A stretch of DNA of 57,839 nt, the filler included, from Sphacelaria rigidula (Eukaryota), in assembly GCA_964200075.2 (NCBI GenBank). It is 9 parts of 9 records of this genome, joined end to end, with 100 filler letters (N's around TTAATTAATTAA, not from the genome) between each part and the next. Parts side by side here need not be neighbours in the genome. Positions count along the whole stretch, not along the records: positions 1 to 6,338 come from CAXNAA020020685.1; positions 6,439 to 12,776 come from CAXNAA020020686.1; 7 more parts are not named here. One strand, 5' to 3'. How positions within the stretch are numbered: position 1 is the first letter of the stretch; each line of letters starts with the position of its first letter. Made by a program: the position numbers and the translations under genes. A model generated the notes under the pieces. It had not been told where the DNA came from. It saw only the letters and a program-made list of their open reading frames with translations, and did no database searches. This document shows positions 1 through 12,490 of the stretch, one piece after another.

Positions 1-250
1 AACAGTGGAGAGCGACTATGTCGTGGGTCACAAAATTCGCCTCAACGGTCGACGAGGGAAAGGGACTGCCAGACCCCTCTCGCGATAAAAAATAAAAGCT
101 AGCACCGCAGAAGGAAGGTGTATTACAGTACTAAAAACAAACAAGGAAAAAAACTCCTGTATTGACCTTCCGCCTGTGTGGCCCCGGCTGATGCGCCCAC
201 ATATACCGAAAGGTGTAGACCGGCGTCCAGAATAAATGGGACGACAACAC
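1..250 (+). mobile_element. tRNA-headed SINE family, 3' part (5' end cut by contig edge)
   Basis: Colinear with 26596-26845 (GGAGAGCGACT...CCCCTCTCGCGA...GCACCGCAGAAGGAAGGTG...GTAGAC..GCGTCCAGAAT..GGGACGACAACAC). Confidence 0.85.
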
Positions 251-1779
251 CGCTCCTATGCAGCACCCACTATCCAACGTTGTGCTAGCTTGCAGAACAC
301 GGAGTAAAAGGTGAACAGAAGTAACTCCAAGAAGGCATGCAAAAGACGTGATGCCTGTTTTTCCTCCATCGCACAGCAACATATCTATATACCTTTGTTG
401 TAGCGCGAAGAGAGCTGAATCGCCGCACCGATCATCTTGCGTTCAGTCTTGCGTTGCGTTTCTACCACATCTATGCTCAAACATCCCCACAGAGTTGGCA
501 ATATCTCCATCCACACACCACCTGCTGAGACAAATCTGCGTGTCAAGTATAACTACGGCTGCTTCTCATGGCCCGACAGAGAATCTTTCGGGAAAGTGCT
601 TTTTTTATCCTTCCGCGATGTCAATCGTTCGAGAACAGGGTTACGTGGATTTTACCACCTTCGGATGGCCTGCTCTACTATCCGAGATGACATCGGCACA
701 CTGTTGTCTGGAAGGGGAAGCTGCTCTCGTACCAGAGAGCGTTGCAGGGGCCCTTGGCGCAACCCATCAATCGCGCCAGAGGAGCATAACTTCGAGCTGT
801 CACGCGAGTTGAAGAGGGAACATTGGGCCCAGGAGAAAGTACTCTCAGATATATAACAGAGCCTGAAGGGTGCTTGTTAGCTATGTTATTTCGAGCGTTG
901 GTCCATGGGCGGGCTAAGCTTCATGACACAGCGGCAGGATTCATGGTTCCCTCCGCGCCGATTTGGAATAAAGGCTGGTTCAGATTGAATACCCAAAATT
1001 TATTCCCCGGCTAATGACGAAGGCAATGCCCAGCCAATATGCACAAATGTGGTATCATACTGTGGTATCATACTGACCGCAATGAACAGACGAAACGGGT
1101 GACATAGCCGGATTTTTGTTGAAGGCTATAGCGGTGGCGTCATGGACAAAAATACGTCTCGACCAATCAGCGACTTTCAAAATGTTCCGAAATTGAAAAC
1201 ACGAATTCCAAACCCAATTTCCACCCAATCTCCACATGCTTCAAATCGTAGTAACCGTCATCAGCTTGGGAATCTAACGGGAAAAAGACATTTGAAAACG
1301 GTTCCAACAGGGTCGAATTTTGCCCAAAACCGTAATGTTTCGGTGATGTGGAGCTTTGGCGTCGTCTAATTTCCACTCATGATACGTGCGAAAGACCCAC
1401 GGAGCCTCGCGACGATATCCCTTTTATCTGTTGGAGAAAAGCTCAACATCATCTTCAAACTTGGCAGTTCCGTAGGTATTGATGCTAGAAATGGAAAAAT
1501 ATATATTGGCAAGGTTTCAAAGTTTCTCCGTTCTCTACCGACTTCCGGGGCTCCCAGCATAAAGACCCCAGGAAACCGGTACAGAATGCCACAACACCAA
1601 AATTTTGACACCTTAGGGTTAGGTGGTATCCCAAGGAATATGTGTACCAATTTTCGTTGCTCAACTCGAAAAACTGAATCGGCTGGGTCTCTTACCGTGA
1701 AAACAACCCCCAAAAAGGGCGATTCTGTACTTTAATCAAATAATTACATACTTTTTTATACTTCACCGCACATTTTGGC

Positions 1780-2052
1780 ATTTCCTCACGCCGTGTCTTC
1801 GAGTTAGACCAGGAAAATTTGCACACATGCTCTGGAGGGCACTATCTAAAACTCGAAGACCGTTTTTTTTTCTTTTTCTGTTGATGGCTCTTTATCCAAG
1901 GTCGCGGTTGACCTACTTGACCGGGGGAGGGGTCAGATACCGACTCTCTCGACACCAAAAAAGAAAAAACGGTCTTCGAGTTTTAGATAGTGCCCTCAAG
2001 AACATGTGTGCAAATTTTCGTGGTCTATCTCGAAAAAACGGCGTGAGGAAAT
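1780..2052. repeat. Long inverted repeat (~100-bp arms, ~75-bp spacer), probable fold-back/MITE remnant
   Basis: ATTTCCTCACGCCG...GGGCACTATCTAAAACTCGAAGACCGTTTTTT is mirrored by AAAAAACGGTCTTCGAGTTTTAGATAGTGCCC...CGGCGTGAGGAAAT. Confidence 0.8.
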
Positions 2053-2360
2053 CCCGGGGAATGAATTTTGGGCGTTCAATCGGAACCAGCTCGTACGTAG
2101 CCTCCATAATTGTCATCAGACCACGAGTGCTAAACAATAAAAAGCGAATGGCTATCCTGATAACCACCGTTTCAACTCACAGCGTCCCGAGCGTCTAGCA
2201 CCACCAAACCTACGGCTCAGCATCATCAGACACGAGATGTGCCTTGTCTCGACCTCCAACCTTCGTATAAAAACTCGCGTAAAAGGTCGAAGAAACAACA
2301 ATGTGCAGCAAAGGTAAAGACGAACCCAGTAATTCGTCCGGCTACGAGCCATGGATACTG

Positions 2361-3515
2361 CAAGGGCAGGTCAAGTAGAGTACGTAATTTTGAGTACTCG
2401 AGTGAAATACTCGAGTATTTACTCTACTCAATGTTTTAGTAGATCGGGTACGGCCTCAAATACTCTGCTCAAATTTCGAGTAGGTCGAGTACGGCCTCAA
2501 ATACTCTACTAAAAATTGGAGCAGATCGAGTACGACCTCAAATACTCTACTCAAATTATGAGTAGGTTGAGTATGGCCTCAAATACTCTCCTCAAAGTTT
2601 TTAGTAGGTCGAGTACGGCCCCAAATACTCTACTCATAGTTTGAGCAGGTCGAGTACGGCCTCAAATACTCTACTAAAAATTGGAGTAGATCGAGTACGA
2701 CTTCAAGTACTCTACTCGAATATTGAGTAAGCACCCTCAGTAATACTCGAGCATAGAGTATCACTTGGGTATGACCCAGGGTTAGAAATCCCCCCCGTAG
2801 GCTTCGCCTGCGGTTGCGCAGGCGGGAGCCGAAGGCGACATGTGGCCCCCCGCAGGGGCCCAACGGAGGGCGCCGGTCGCGTAGGCCCCCTCCGGAGGGG
2901 CCTCGCGGAGCGATTTTTAGGGGGTTTCCCTTTCAAAAAAACGCCTAGATTTTGTCAAAATGGGGCCTTTTCGACGGTATGAGCCTCGCGGCGAGAAACC
3001 CCCCCCCCCGAAAAAAATTCGCCTCGGGCGAAAAAATGAGGGCCGCAGAAGTTTTTTTCGCCGGAGGCGAAAAGAGTGCGGCCCAAAAATTTTCCTAATC
3101 ATCTACGCCAGCGCAGGCCCGCGTGGAGTTTTTCTAACCCTGGTATGATCTCAATACTCGACTTAAAGTTTGAGTAGATTAAGTACAGCCTCAAATACTC
3201 TACTCAAATTCTGAGTAGGTCGAGTATGGCCTCAAATACTCTGCTCAAAATTTGAGTAGATCGAGTACGACCTCAAATGCTCGACTCAAATATTGAGTAA
3301 GCACTCTCAGTAATACTCGAGTATAGAGTATCACTTGAGTATGACCTCAATACTCGGCTCAAATTTTGAGTAGATTGAGTATGATCTCAAATACTCTAGT
3401 CAAATTTCGAGTAGATTAAGTACGATCTCAAATACTCGACTCAGAATTTGAGTACTGAAAGTATGACTCTTTAAAAATACTGAGTATTGAGTATATTCTA
3501 CTCGACCTACCCTTG
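2361..3515. mobile_element. Non-autonomous hAT-type element filled with ~41-bp tandem repeats
   Basis: TIRs CAAGGGCAGGTCAAGTAGA / TCTACTCGACCTACCCTTG; 8-bp TSD GGATACTG / GAATACTG (1 mismatch); internal unit GGCCTCAAATACTCTACTCAAA.TTTGAGTAGGTCGAGTAC repeated many times. Confidence 0.85.
2777..3142. mobile_element. GC-rich hAT-type MITE nested in the element above
   Basis: 12-bp TIR CAGGGTTAGAAA / TTTCTAACCCTG; 8-bp TSD GTATGACC / GTATGATC; interrupts the tandem array. Confidence 0.85.
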
Positions 3516-3928
3516 GAATACTGGTAGCGCGCTCTACTTATGCGTGTAGTGGCAGTATTTGTTAGGCAGTAAAGCATAGAGCATCAGTTCTGTGCAATTG
3601 CGTACGATATGCTATAATGGAAAATGACTGGTGTGGTCGTACGGTAAGAGTATCTGTTCTGCCTGCTTCTTTATAATCATCGTCAATTCGTGCGCTGTGG
3701 TCAGTAAAATTGAGCCAAGGTTGTTGCATAAGGTAGCTATGGAGCTGTTCCATAATTTCTGACAGTATAATTACGATTAAGTTTCTTCATTGGGTCCGCT
3801 AACCCCACGGCGTCTTGCTTCAAGAAGGGTGATATCAAACGTGACACTAAATCATGCGTAGTGGATGTACAGACAACAGCAGTACAACAATATCGTACAA
3901 CTAAGCACAACAGCCAATCTTGCCTCAC

Positions 3929-4006
3929 CGTATACTGCTGTTGTAAATGAGGACCAGATCACCAGCCGTTGTTGGTCAACAGAGCATGAGAAGACAACGC
4001 AGCGAC
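3929..4006 (-). CDS. Possible second exon of the WD40 gene
   Basis: CAG acceptor and GTGAG donor; phase fits exon 1; peptide RCVVFSCSVDQQRLVIWSSFTTAVY. Confidence 0.3.
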
Positions 4007-4113
4007 TGAGGTGAAACAAACACCGACGCCAGTGCATCGCTATGGACACCGAACGCACACAGTGCAGGCCTCGTCTACTAACGCAAAACCTATGGAGAGG
4101 GATCTTGACTTAC

Positions 4114-4241
4114 AGGCAAACCTTGCCATCCACCAAGCCAGTGGCGACAACGTCTCGATTTGGATGGAAGGATAGCTCTATCGCTTGCTCCGGTAGCTCG
4201 ACCGCAGCCATTTCCTTCGTTTCCTCGTCTTGCATGTTCAT
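4114..4241 (-). CDS. First coding exon of a WD40 protein, WDR55/JIP5-like
   Basis: Translates MNMQDEETKEMAAVELPEQAIELSFHPNRDVVATGLVDGKVC and ends at a GTAAGT donor. The motif L.FHP.RD..A.G.VDG.V resembles the first WD repeat of WDR55 (from memory, not a search). Confidence 0.7.
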
Positions 4242-5053
4242 TGTTTGAAAATCTACGGTGAAATGCGCCCCTGGTTACCTTCTTCTGTGATACCTTTCAC
4301 TACTCCTTCTCGGCTTTCTGCAGGCTCCACTCCTCCGGCGATAATAATTATACTGGGACAGTGGATCATCACCATTTTACCGACCGATCGATACACACTG
4401 GAGCATGCATGAGGGGTAATCATTCAACCAAGTTGTCTATAAAGCGCAATATGAAGTGTCAAATCCCCGTATCGACGTGCTGGATATCCTTTTTTGGCTG
4501 CAATCAAGGAAACAGCATCAAGGACGTCTTCGCGCTGACGCTGAACTCATCACCTCCCGACCGGTAGATTGATTCCGGTACGGATGGTCTCCTGTTCCGC
4601 CAGGTCGAGCGTGGTTCGTCTTCTGGAAATGTGACTGTTATGGCTGCGGTGGCACCGTTTCCTCAGCTCTCTCTGCGCAACACCAACGAATCCTTCTTGC
4701 GACGAGATGCTGATCTTTTTCACAACTAGTGTCGTTTAGCAGCAGTGGGCAAGGGCGATTCAATGGCGTCTGTAGGTCATCAGAAGTGGGAAATGCCGAG
4801 TTCCGGCACAACGGTCCTTCCACCGTCAGCCACAGAGGCGACATGACGAAAACGATAGCATTTTCGGGAGTTCCCAGTTGCTTGCAAAGAAAGGACTCTA
4901 GCACTAGAGTCATACCCTGCTTTGGTTGCTTGGTGTGCTCGGCTTTTGTCGGGGTTTTTCTCATGTAGAATTCGCTTCCTCAACCAGCCGGTTCACGTAG
5001 GGGGGGCTATCGCGGCATCCAAGACCCAGATGGCCCACACTGGCGGTCACGAG

Positions 5054-5150
5054 TTAACCCTTTGACCGCAAGGGTGGGTCATCTGGGCCATATTCATTTT
5101 TCGAGGGGACATGATGCCGATTCAACAGACCGTGGCAGCAAAAGGGTCAA
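5054..5150. mobile_element. ~100-bp TTAA-flanked piggyBac-like MITE
   Basis: TTAACCCTTTGACCGC...TGATGCCGATTCAACAGA...AAGGGTCAA; same family as 20708, 26154, 42671, 43481. Confidence 0.75.
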
Positions 5151-5207
5151 GGCGCAACAATTAATTATTGAATGCCGCTCATGCGCAGATTAATTGCTTT
5201 GTTGTTA

Positions 5208-5542
5208 GACCGCTTTGTATGACAACCAATCCTTATTTGTACAAATATGAGGATTTCAGCCCGTCTACAGTCGATTTTCTACCGTGAATGGATTTTTCGA
5301 ACCCCAGTCCGTCGGGCAATGTGTTTTTTCGCCTGGTTCTGAACTCCCGCATCTGAGCACAAAGGTGATGAACCAAAAGTCAACGTCCAGAGAATCGGAG
5401 AATTGATCTGGTTTCCTCAGAGCTAGGCGAAAAGTATTGCCCAACGGACTGGGATCCGAAAAATCCATTCACGGGAGAAAGTCGGCTGTACACGGGCTGA
5501 AATCGCCTTACAAGTATGGGTTGATTGCCATACAAAGCGGTC
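5208..5542. mobile_element. MITE with ~125-bp TIRs, PIF/Harbinger (Tourist)-like
   Basis: GACCGCTTTGTATG...CATACAAAGCGGTC with long mirrored arms; flanks TTA / CTA. Confidence 0.75.
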
Positions 5543-6019
5543 CTATTGATGAAAAAAATACTTCATAGTGGAAAGTGCACCGTTACCGGCTATTTTTCCT
5601 TCCACTCTGATTCTGAGATGGGAAAAGCGTTTTCCGAAACTCTCTGATTAAGGTCGACTGCGGCTGTTCTTGGGACTTGGTATGTGGTCACCCATAGCAT
5701 GAACAGAAGCTGGAATAAAGTTGCGTCAAGGGAGAGCTTTTGTTGACGTCGTCGAATGTGGTGCGATGAGACACAAAACCTTGGTTGGAATGCTGTTCTT
5801 ATTTTGTGGGGACCGGGCGCGTTCATCTCCGTAGTGAGTCATTTTCCCTTTGAATATCATAACGTGATACGCTATATTTCGCAAAAATATTTGCGCCGAT
5901 TCGAAATGAGTAAAACGTGCCAGATCGCATGGAATCGAGCGCTAGAACACGGGGTCCCGTGCACGGGATTTCGAACACCTGCCCCCTGCCCCCCCCCCGC
6001 AGCGGGGATAAATGTCAAT

Positions 6020-6112
6020 TGAGTCATGCTACGGGGGGTGTACTCATGATCATGCATGCCATAGTCATAAGATAATTGACCTCGTATCCCTACAAAGCCG
6101 GGACGGAGCACG
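6020..6112 (-). mobile_element. LINE 3'-end fragment, variant B
   Basis: Reverse complement matches 51503-51591 (CTCCGTCCCGGCTTTGTAGGGAT.CGAGGTCAAT...CATGATCATGAGTACA-CCC..CGTAG.ATGACTC). Confidence 0.65.
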
Positions 6113-6338
6113 CCGGGTTTTCGCCGGACCAGGCTTGCACTCAAACCACCAACCGTCAAGCGCGAAGCGCCGTGGTGTGTTTGGCGAGTCGCATGAAAGG
6201 TGAGCTGCATCCTGCTAAGATTGTTCGGCCCGAAGCCTACTGATTATCTTGCATTTGGATGACAGCCTCCCATGAGCGGCTTTTTTGTCTGGTATTGCCA
6301 CTTCCAGAGTCAGCCACGCCTGTTACACTGCCTCATGG

Positions 6339-6438
6339 NNNNNNNNNNNNNNNNNNNNNNNNNNNNNNNNNNNNNNNNNNNNTTAATTAATTAANNNNNN
6401 NNNNNNNNNNNNNNNNNNNNNNNNNNNNNNNNNNNNNN
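6339..6438. other. Artificial 100-bp contig spacer (N-run + TTAATTAATTAA); same spacer at 12777, 19215, 25653, 32091, 38529, 44966, 51403
   Basis: Eight identical 100-nt spacers separate segments of 6338 bp (x6) and 6337 bp (x3). The central 12-mer gives stop codons in all six frames. Confidence 0.97.
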
Positions 6439-7385
6439 ATGGGGACAATAATATCATCCAAAGCCACAGGTGGCGGGGGGCCCGCCGGTCGCCGCATCCT
6501 ATTGAAAGCTCTCTATGACAACGCATACTGCTTGTTCATCAGATGTACACTACCTAATGCGCACCCCACCCGAATTACAGTTCTTATCTGCACCTGTAAA
6601 TAGATAGGATGAAACTTTCGGCCTTCCTTCTCAGCCTGCATGCGGCGGTTACATACGTGGATTTTCACATGAAGCCACTGTTTCGTGCAGACGCCAGACA
6701 CGTCAGTCCTAACCAGCCTCATTGCTCGTTCTGGAGGCCCGGTCTCAAAGGGGTTAAAAGACCAGCGGTCGAAACAGGTAAGGTTCCAGGGCGACCACGC
6801 GAAAGAAACACGACTACTTCCTTACTCGGGGGTATCTCATTCCAGTACTGTAGCCAAGCAGGCGGCGTTGTACTGTCCCCGTGCTGGAATAAATACACCA
6901 TCAACATATATAGTCATTACGTTGTATGTGGCAGCAAGATAATGGAACACGACACATTAAACTACAATTATGCCCGTGCATGACGAGTCATCCCACGGCA
7001 AGGAACCACCATAAACCAGTGAAACACTGCAGCGTGATCTTACAGGGGATACCCAGAAACTACTCAATTGGTCTTGGAACAGCGGGACAACCTGACACTA
7101 ATTTTGCTCGCCGTGCGTGCTACCGTAACAAGGACACGCCCCGGACAACGACGATAGATAGCAGCGCAAAAAGTTTACTGCGTACAGTATCGAATTTTTT
7201 GTGTCTTGCAACAGGGAAAAGACAAAGTAAACAATAGATTCGATAATGTACGCAGTACACGTTTTCCCAATGTAAAACTGTAGTTCGAGTGTCTGGTCGT
7301 GGTCACAAGAACTACGTTTTTCGACGAATGCCCTTGATCGCACAACTTATTCCACATTATGAATCACATCTTATGAGTCAGATCA

Positions 7386-7625
7386 AGGTTCGGACGAATC
7401 ATCGAGGATTCAAATCACCAAATTTACGATTACCGGGGCCAGATTGCTCGAGATAGAAGGAAAAAAATGATCGCGGGTCAAAACCGTTTCCGCGCATATT
7501 TTGCGCTATCCCATATGCCTGAGGTACGCCTACCTGAGGTGCAACGGTGAAAACAAAGCGTTGGGACTAATTCGTGCGGTACGAATCAGTTACTCTAAAA
7601 GCAAATCATTTTCAGACGAATCATT
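7386..7625. repeat. Dispersed repeat family (also ~8900-9125 and 25585-25652)
   Basis: Shared GGTT.GGACGAATCATC..GA.T..AATCACCA.AT...CGATT motif and colinear downstream sequence in three places. Confidence 0.7.
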
Positions 7626-7857
7626 TTTCATCCGGCCCTTGAATCAGATCGAAACGTATGTTATTCAATAATCTCAATGACATGGATCAAGTGCTTTTCT
7701 ACCGCATGAAGTGGATCAAGACTCCATACTGCAAACCACTTTTCACTGAGCTTGACGACTACCGGTCATCCACCCCACCTCCTTTTTTGGATGAAAGCAG
7801 CCATCGTTACCCCGTTTCACAGAACGTGACAATCAACTCCTCCACTCTACATCATGC

Positions 7858-8110
7858 TCTTTGTTCCCGGCCATATCTTCAAATCCTTCCCTTCCTCAGG
7901 ACGAGTCCGTGATCTCTAACAATCAACCCAGCTTTCCCCGGTACTTGCCTGCGACACCTAATCATCGATGATTTGGAGGATGACCACTCCCACACACCGT
8001 CGACTGTCGTTAAAAATTCTGTGTTGATCGCGTCCTCGCGCCACCAATGACGAGAAAAAAAAGCTCAAGTAGATCGCGTCTGTCGGGATCCGAATCCACA
8101 ACATTTCGCT
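7858..8110. repeat. Dispersed repeat, diverged copy of ~18860-19150 (possible second SINE on minus strand)
   Basis: Shared CCCTTCCT...GACGAGTCCGTG...CCCCGG.AC...ACC..GTCGACT.TCGT.AAAAA blocks. Confidence 0.55.
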
Positions 8111-8282
8111 CTAGCTGACCAATGACCATTGGAATACCGTTTCAATTCAGATCACCGGAGCGCGACGGCAAGTATTGGATCAAGGCTAATGTACGACAAT
8201 TTCACCGAGTACGATTAACCTACTTTTCTCTCCTCCGGTCTTGGACCAAGACTGACATTGTAAAACATTCTCACTGACTCAC

Positions 8283-11200
8283 CTTTATGAACAACGCTTC
8301 GATTTCGTGTATTGGATCTCGCACATCCGCCACTGGGAACTGCTCGATCCGGAGTCGCCGACCACCGTGATGAGTTTCATGCCACAATGAAACGCCAGTG
8401 CCCGCCATTCCGCAGAGCCATAACACGGCCAGCCAAACACGCGGGAACGAATTGGAGCATGGTCAAGCATAACGAGGACGCTCTGTGAGAAAACACACCA
8501 GCGTGCAGACTAACCCGTCAGCAACCGTAGCGCGAATAGCCGTGCAGGAACGTGAATACGCTTGTTTGGAGTATTTTTTTCGAACTTACTGCACGGAGGG
8601 CAAACCAATCTCGTCGACAGATGGCACGCCGATACAGCAGTACCAGAGTCCATGACCTTGATGCAACAGCGCTTGACAGTACACTCGTGTACGGCTATTT
8701 ACAATCCGGCTGTATACCACGGAGGGTTTCGGCGGTAAATCATTTCATTTTAGGACGACATAGGACACCGGAACCGCCGGGCTCGACCGCGGAGAACTTC
8801 GGTGAGGGTCTGTGGAAACACCAACAGAGAGAGAAACAGGCACACCTGCCCGAGGAAGGGCTAGGCAAGCAAGCGCAGACTGATTAACGCAGCAATGTTT
8901 CCACGGTTAGGACGAATCATCACGACTACGAATCACCATATCCACGATTTCTTCGGCCTAATGCCCAAAAGGTAGAAAAAAAGTTGACCGCTGGTCCAAG
9001 GGGTACCTACGCAATTTTTGCGCCATTCCACGTGTCTGGGCTGCGTATACCTGGGTTGCAACGCTAAAAACAAAGCCTAGGGATTGATTCGTACGATTCG
9101 AATAATACTGAAACCAAGTAATTTCCAGGCGACTCATTATTTGTTCGACCCTTGAATGTTTCCACAGGTGCATCCTCCAACCCCGAGCAGCCCGCGGTGG
9201 CAGCATGCTCAACGGATGGCGCGACTGCCATCCTGCCATCCTGCCATCTAGGTTGTTTGTGGCGATTGTCAACAACTAGCCTTCGTGCAACCTTGTAGTA
9301 CTGTACAAGCCGAAAACAACCGGCGGGTCCGCTTTTTGAGTCCATCAAACCATGCATACCCGTCGATGAGAAACGTACTTTGGGTTGCCTACCCAGGCCA
9401 TGCTATCTCGGTCTCCGTGGCCCGGCCTCTGTGGCCAGCACGTGACAGTAGCGATAAGTATAACACTGTACATAGTGTGGTCACGGACAAGGAGCTTGCT
9501 TCCTGTGGAAGATATATCCCCAACACTCGTGGCTGTTGCACTGTCATGATACCGCGGGCTACGTCTGGCTGTCGAGGTGGGGAGAGTGAAATGCTGCACT
9601 CTCCTGATCTGTCCTGTACCGAACTGAAGTGTACTATACTGTATTATCAATAAGTAAAAAATATTTATCTCCTTAGTCTATCCTTTGTGTTTTTTCTGTT
9701 ACTTTCTACTGTTTCCTTCACGTTTCTTCAGCGATTGACTGTTTCCATTTTGTTCTTGTCTAGGGTACGTCTATCATGCGACCATTATGTGACCACGACT
9801 GGATCTACGGGAGATCAGTATAAGTGCGACAATCAATCCAGCACTGCGTAAAATGATTGCCGGTACCTGCTCATAAATGCTGACCATCTGCACATGCACA
9901 TATACACATATACATAGATACATAGATACATAGATACATAGATACATAGATACATAGATACATAGATACATAGATACATTCATACATACGTTTATACGTA
10001 TATACGTACATACATATATACATACATATATACATACGTTTATACGTACATACGTACATTCATACATACGTTCATACGTACATACGTTCAAACGTACATA
10101 CATATGTACATATATATATATACATACATACATACATACATACATACATACATACATACATACATACATACATACATACATACATACATACATACATACA
10201 TACATACATACATTCACGATGCGTGTCATGCTGATAACGATGATGCTCACAGTATCCGCAAACGATCACCCGCGACCAGACCTTGTGGTCGCTGATACGT
10301 TGCGATTACTAACGGGCCAGGGGGGGAAAGTCGGAAGGGCTGCGGAACCCAACATGAGGTGATTGGCAAGGGGTCCTGTAGGTACTGTATTGTATACGAA
10401 CACACGGCAACACCCACTGTACACCGACATCTGCATCTCCCCGTACACCTACACCCACGCCTGGCAACATACGGCTATACTCGCTACCATAGCACCCGTC
10501 TAACCCTGCGCCCCCCAGAAGAGAAGAGCAATGCAATAGTTGTTGGCACCTGCTCTTTCATCCAGCCCTTGACGAGCTCACTGCCTCTTCCAAGTCGGGT
10601 CACCTTCTCCACCTTCGAAAAAGCAACACATTTTATTATTATTACACGAGAAAACAGACGGGAAAGAATAATCCTGATAATGAGAATACCTCTCCGGACT
10701 GTACGAGCCTAGGCTGATGCCAAGTGTCATGTGATTGGTGTCCGCTTGTGGAGCGTACGCGTAGCATGGGTCACGGACGGACTGTGCGGAGAATGTCCAA
10801 CACACTGTGCGGAAAAATGTCCGGCAGATCTCCTGCCATCCTCGTTGCTACGTGCTATGGGCGTTGAACACGACCATATACTCGCGTATTCATGTACATG
10901 TGCGAGTGGGCAGCGTTCCGGCGTCTGTCCTGCTCGACGTCTTGAAACTCAACGGGGATAAACAAGTTCCCTCGAGGCTACCGGGGTACAACAGCAACGA
11001 ACAACGCGCGACGACGACAGTAACGGCCATTAAACCAATCCAACCAATCCGATCAATGTTATCATCATCATCACTTCTCTCTTTTTTGTATCACGTCTGT
11101 GTTTACTTTTCCGGGTCCTGCTCTACTTGTTTCTTTGATATCCGCGCACTAGATTTTGGCTAGATTTTGGCTAGTTAGCCCGTCACCATGGAAGGTCCGC

Positions 11201-11412
11201 ATCAAATGCCCAGTACGCATGTTAAAAGATGCTGCGCAGAGCTCCGGACGGTTACTGAATGGGAAGGCAACAACAACAACAACAACAACAACCACCATAG
11301 TCGAATCATCTGCGATTTTTTACGGACCTCTCTGCAGGAGATGAGACCCAGCACCTTGCCGGTGTCCTCATCCATGACAGGCATGCCTCGGATATCCAGC
11401 CACGCCAGAGTT
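8283..11412 (-). CDS. CBS-domain-pair protein, three internal exons (11412-11328, 10612-10550, 8339-8283)
   Basis: All exons have AG/GT boundaries and compatible phases. They join to TLAWLDIRGMPVMDEDTGKVLGLISCRE-VEKVTRLGRGSELVKGWMKEQ-FPVADVRDPIHEIEALFIK, a recognisable CBS pattern (G-hPVhD..GKhhGhhS..VKG.M). Confidence 0.8.
9897..10213. repeat. Compound microsatellite (TACATAGA)n / (TACA)n
   Basis: Direct reading; lies in an intron of the CBS gene. Confidence 0.95.
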
Positions 11413-12427
11413 CTGACAAAACACGGGGAGACAAAGGTGGAAAGAGTGGTCGCTCAGTTAAGACATGACACAGAGGAGAGAACCAAGATGGGAAAAGGTG
11501 TGCTCTGTGATGACATCGTCGTTGCCGTCGTTTGATATTTTCCCGCAACACTCGAATGGCGGCACTGCAGTATCCTTTCTTGAAAACAGGAAATCATCAA
11601 CAAAAACACACACAGGTGAGTCATTTTCGCTCAAACACCGGATAGATAATGACTATAAGTTCTTTGAGCTAGTATAAGTACCTCCGGCAACTGTACCCCT
11701 GCACATTCTGTCAGGTGGTGACGGAACGACCGGCATCGTTTTCGGCTTTTGAACCTTCAGACTGCAAAGGTGCCGCGTCGATGCCCTCTTATATCCGTGT
11801 ACTATATGCCCACTGCAGCCTTTGTACGTAGTTCTTCATAAACCCTAATCATGCCCTTGCAACCAATACCCGTAACTGACCCACAGTGAGACTTGTACAC
11901 ATATCACAATAGTTTTCGCGACAGGAGGGCGAGAGAGATTTACAAAACCAGGGACAGCGACAGCCATTAAACTGGTCATTGTCCAGTAGCGCGAATAAGT
12001 TTTTGTATCTGAAGCAAAGGGTACATCATAGAGGTAAACGGTGCGCATGTCACCCATCTTAGGTTAGGGCGTGTGCACTCCTCTTCCCTCGATGCCATGC
12101 GTGGCCAGATAGCCGCAGCGCCACCTGTGGGTACAAAGTCGCATCCAGCCTATACAAAAAGAGAGACAACATCCTCCCAAACGATCCACTCTCAAGGAAG
12201 GCCTACACTAACATTTCGCTGGGCCAGTTTCAAGCATCGGAGCTGTGGTATAATGGATAGAATTCGACCCTGCCACGGTTGAGATCCGGATTTATTTCTC
12301 GGCAGCTTCGTTTTGCAGCCACGGCCGGGCAGTCCAAATTAAAATAGTCCGACTGTCCCCATTAGGGTAGAGAGAACGTGGGTCCGATTCCCTATGCGAG
12401 TCTTTCTCCAATATCCCCCCAAAAAAC

Positions 12428-12490
12428 CATGCGTGGTCAATGGTCAAACGACTGAGGGAAGCGACGAATGAGTTCCCCCCCCCCCCCCCC
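12428..12490 (+). mobile_element. Short 5'-truncated LINE 3' end with poly(C) tail
   Basis: ATGCGTGGTCAATGGTCAAACGACT.AGG.AAGC.AC.AATGAGT followed by ~16 C; matches 48980-49045. Confidence 0.75.

Noticed and set aside
2440..3480. 41-bp periodic array as CRISPR
   Set aside because: Units are contiguous with no unique spacers, there are no cas genes, and the array sits inside a TIR/TSD-bounded element in eukaryotic DNA.
9774..10295. ORFs rich in MYVC/YIHT
   Set aside because: They are translations of the TACA microsatellite.
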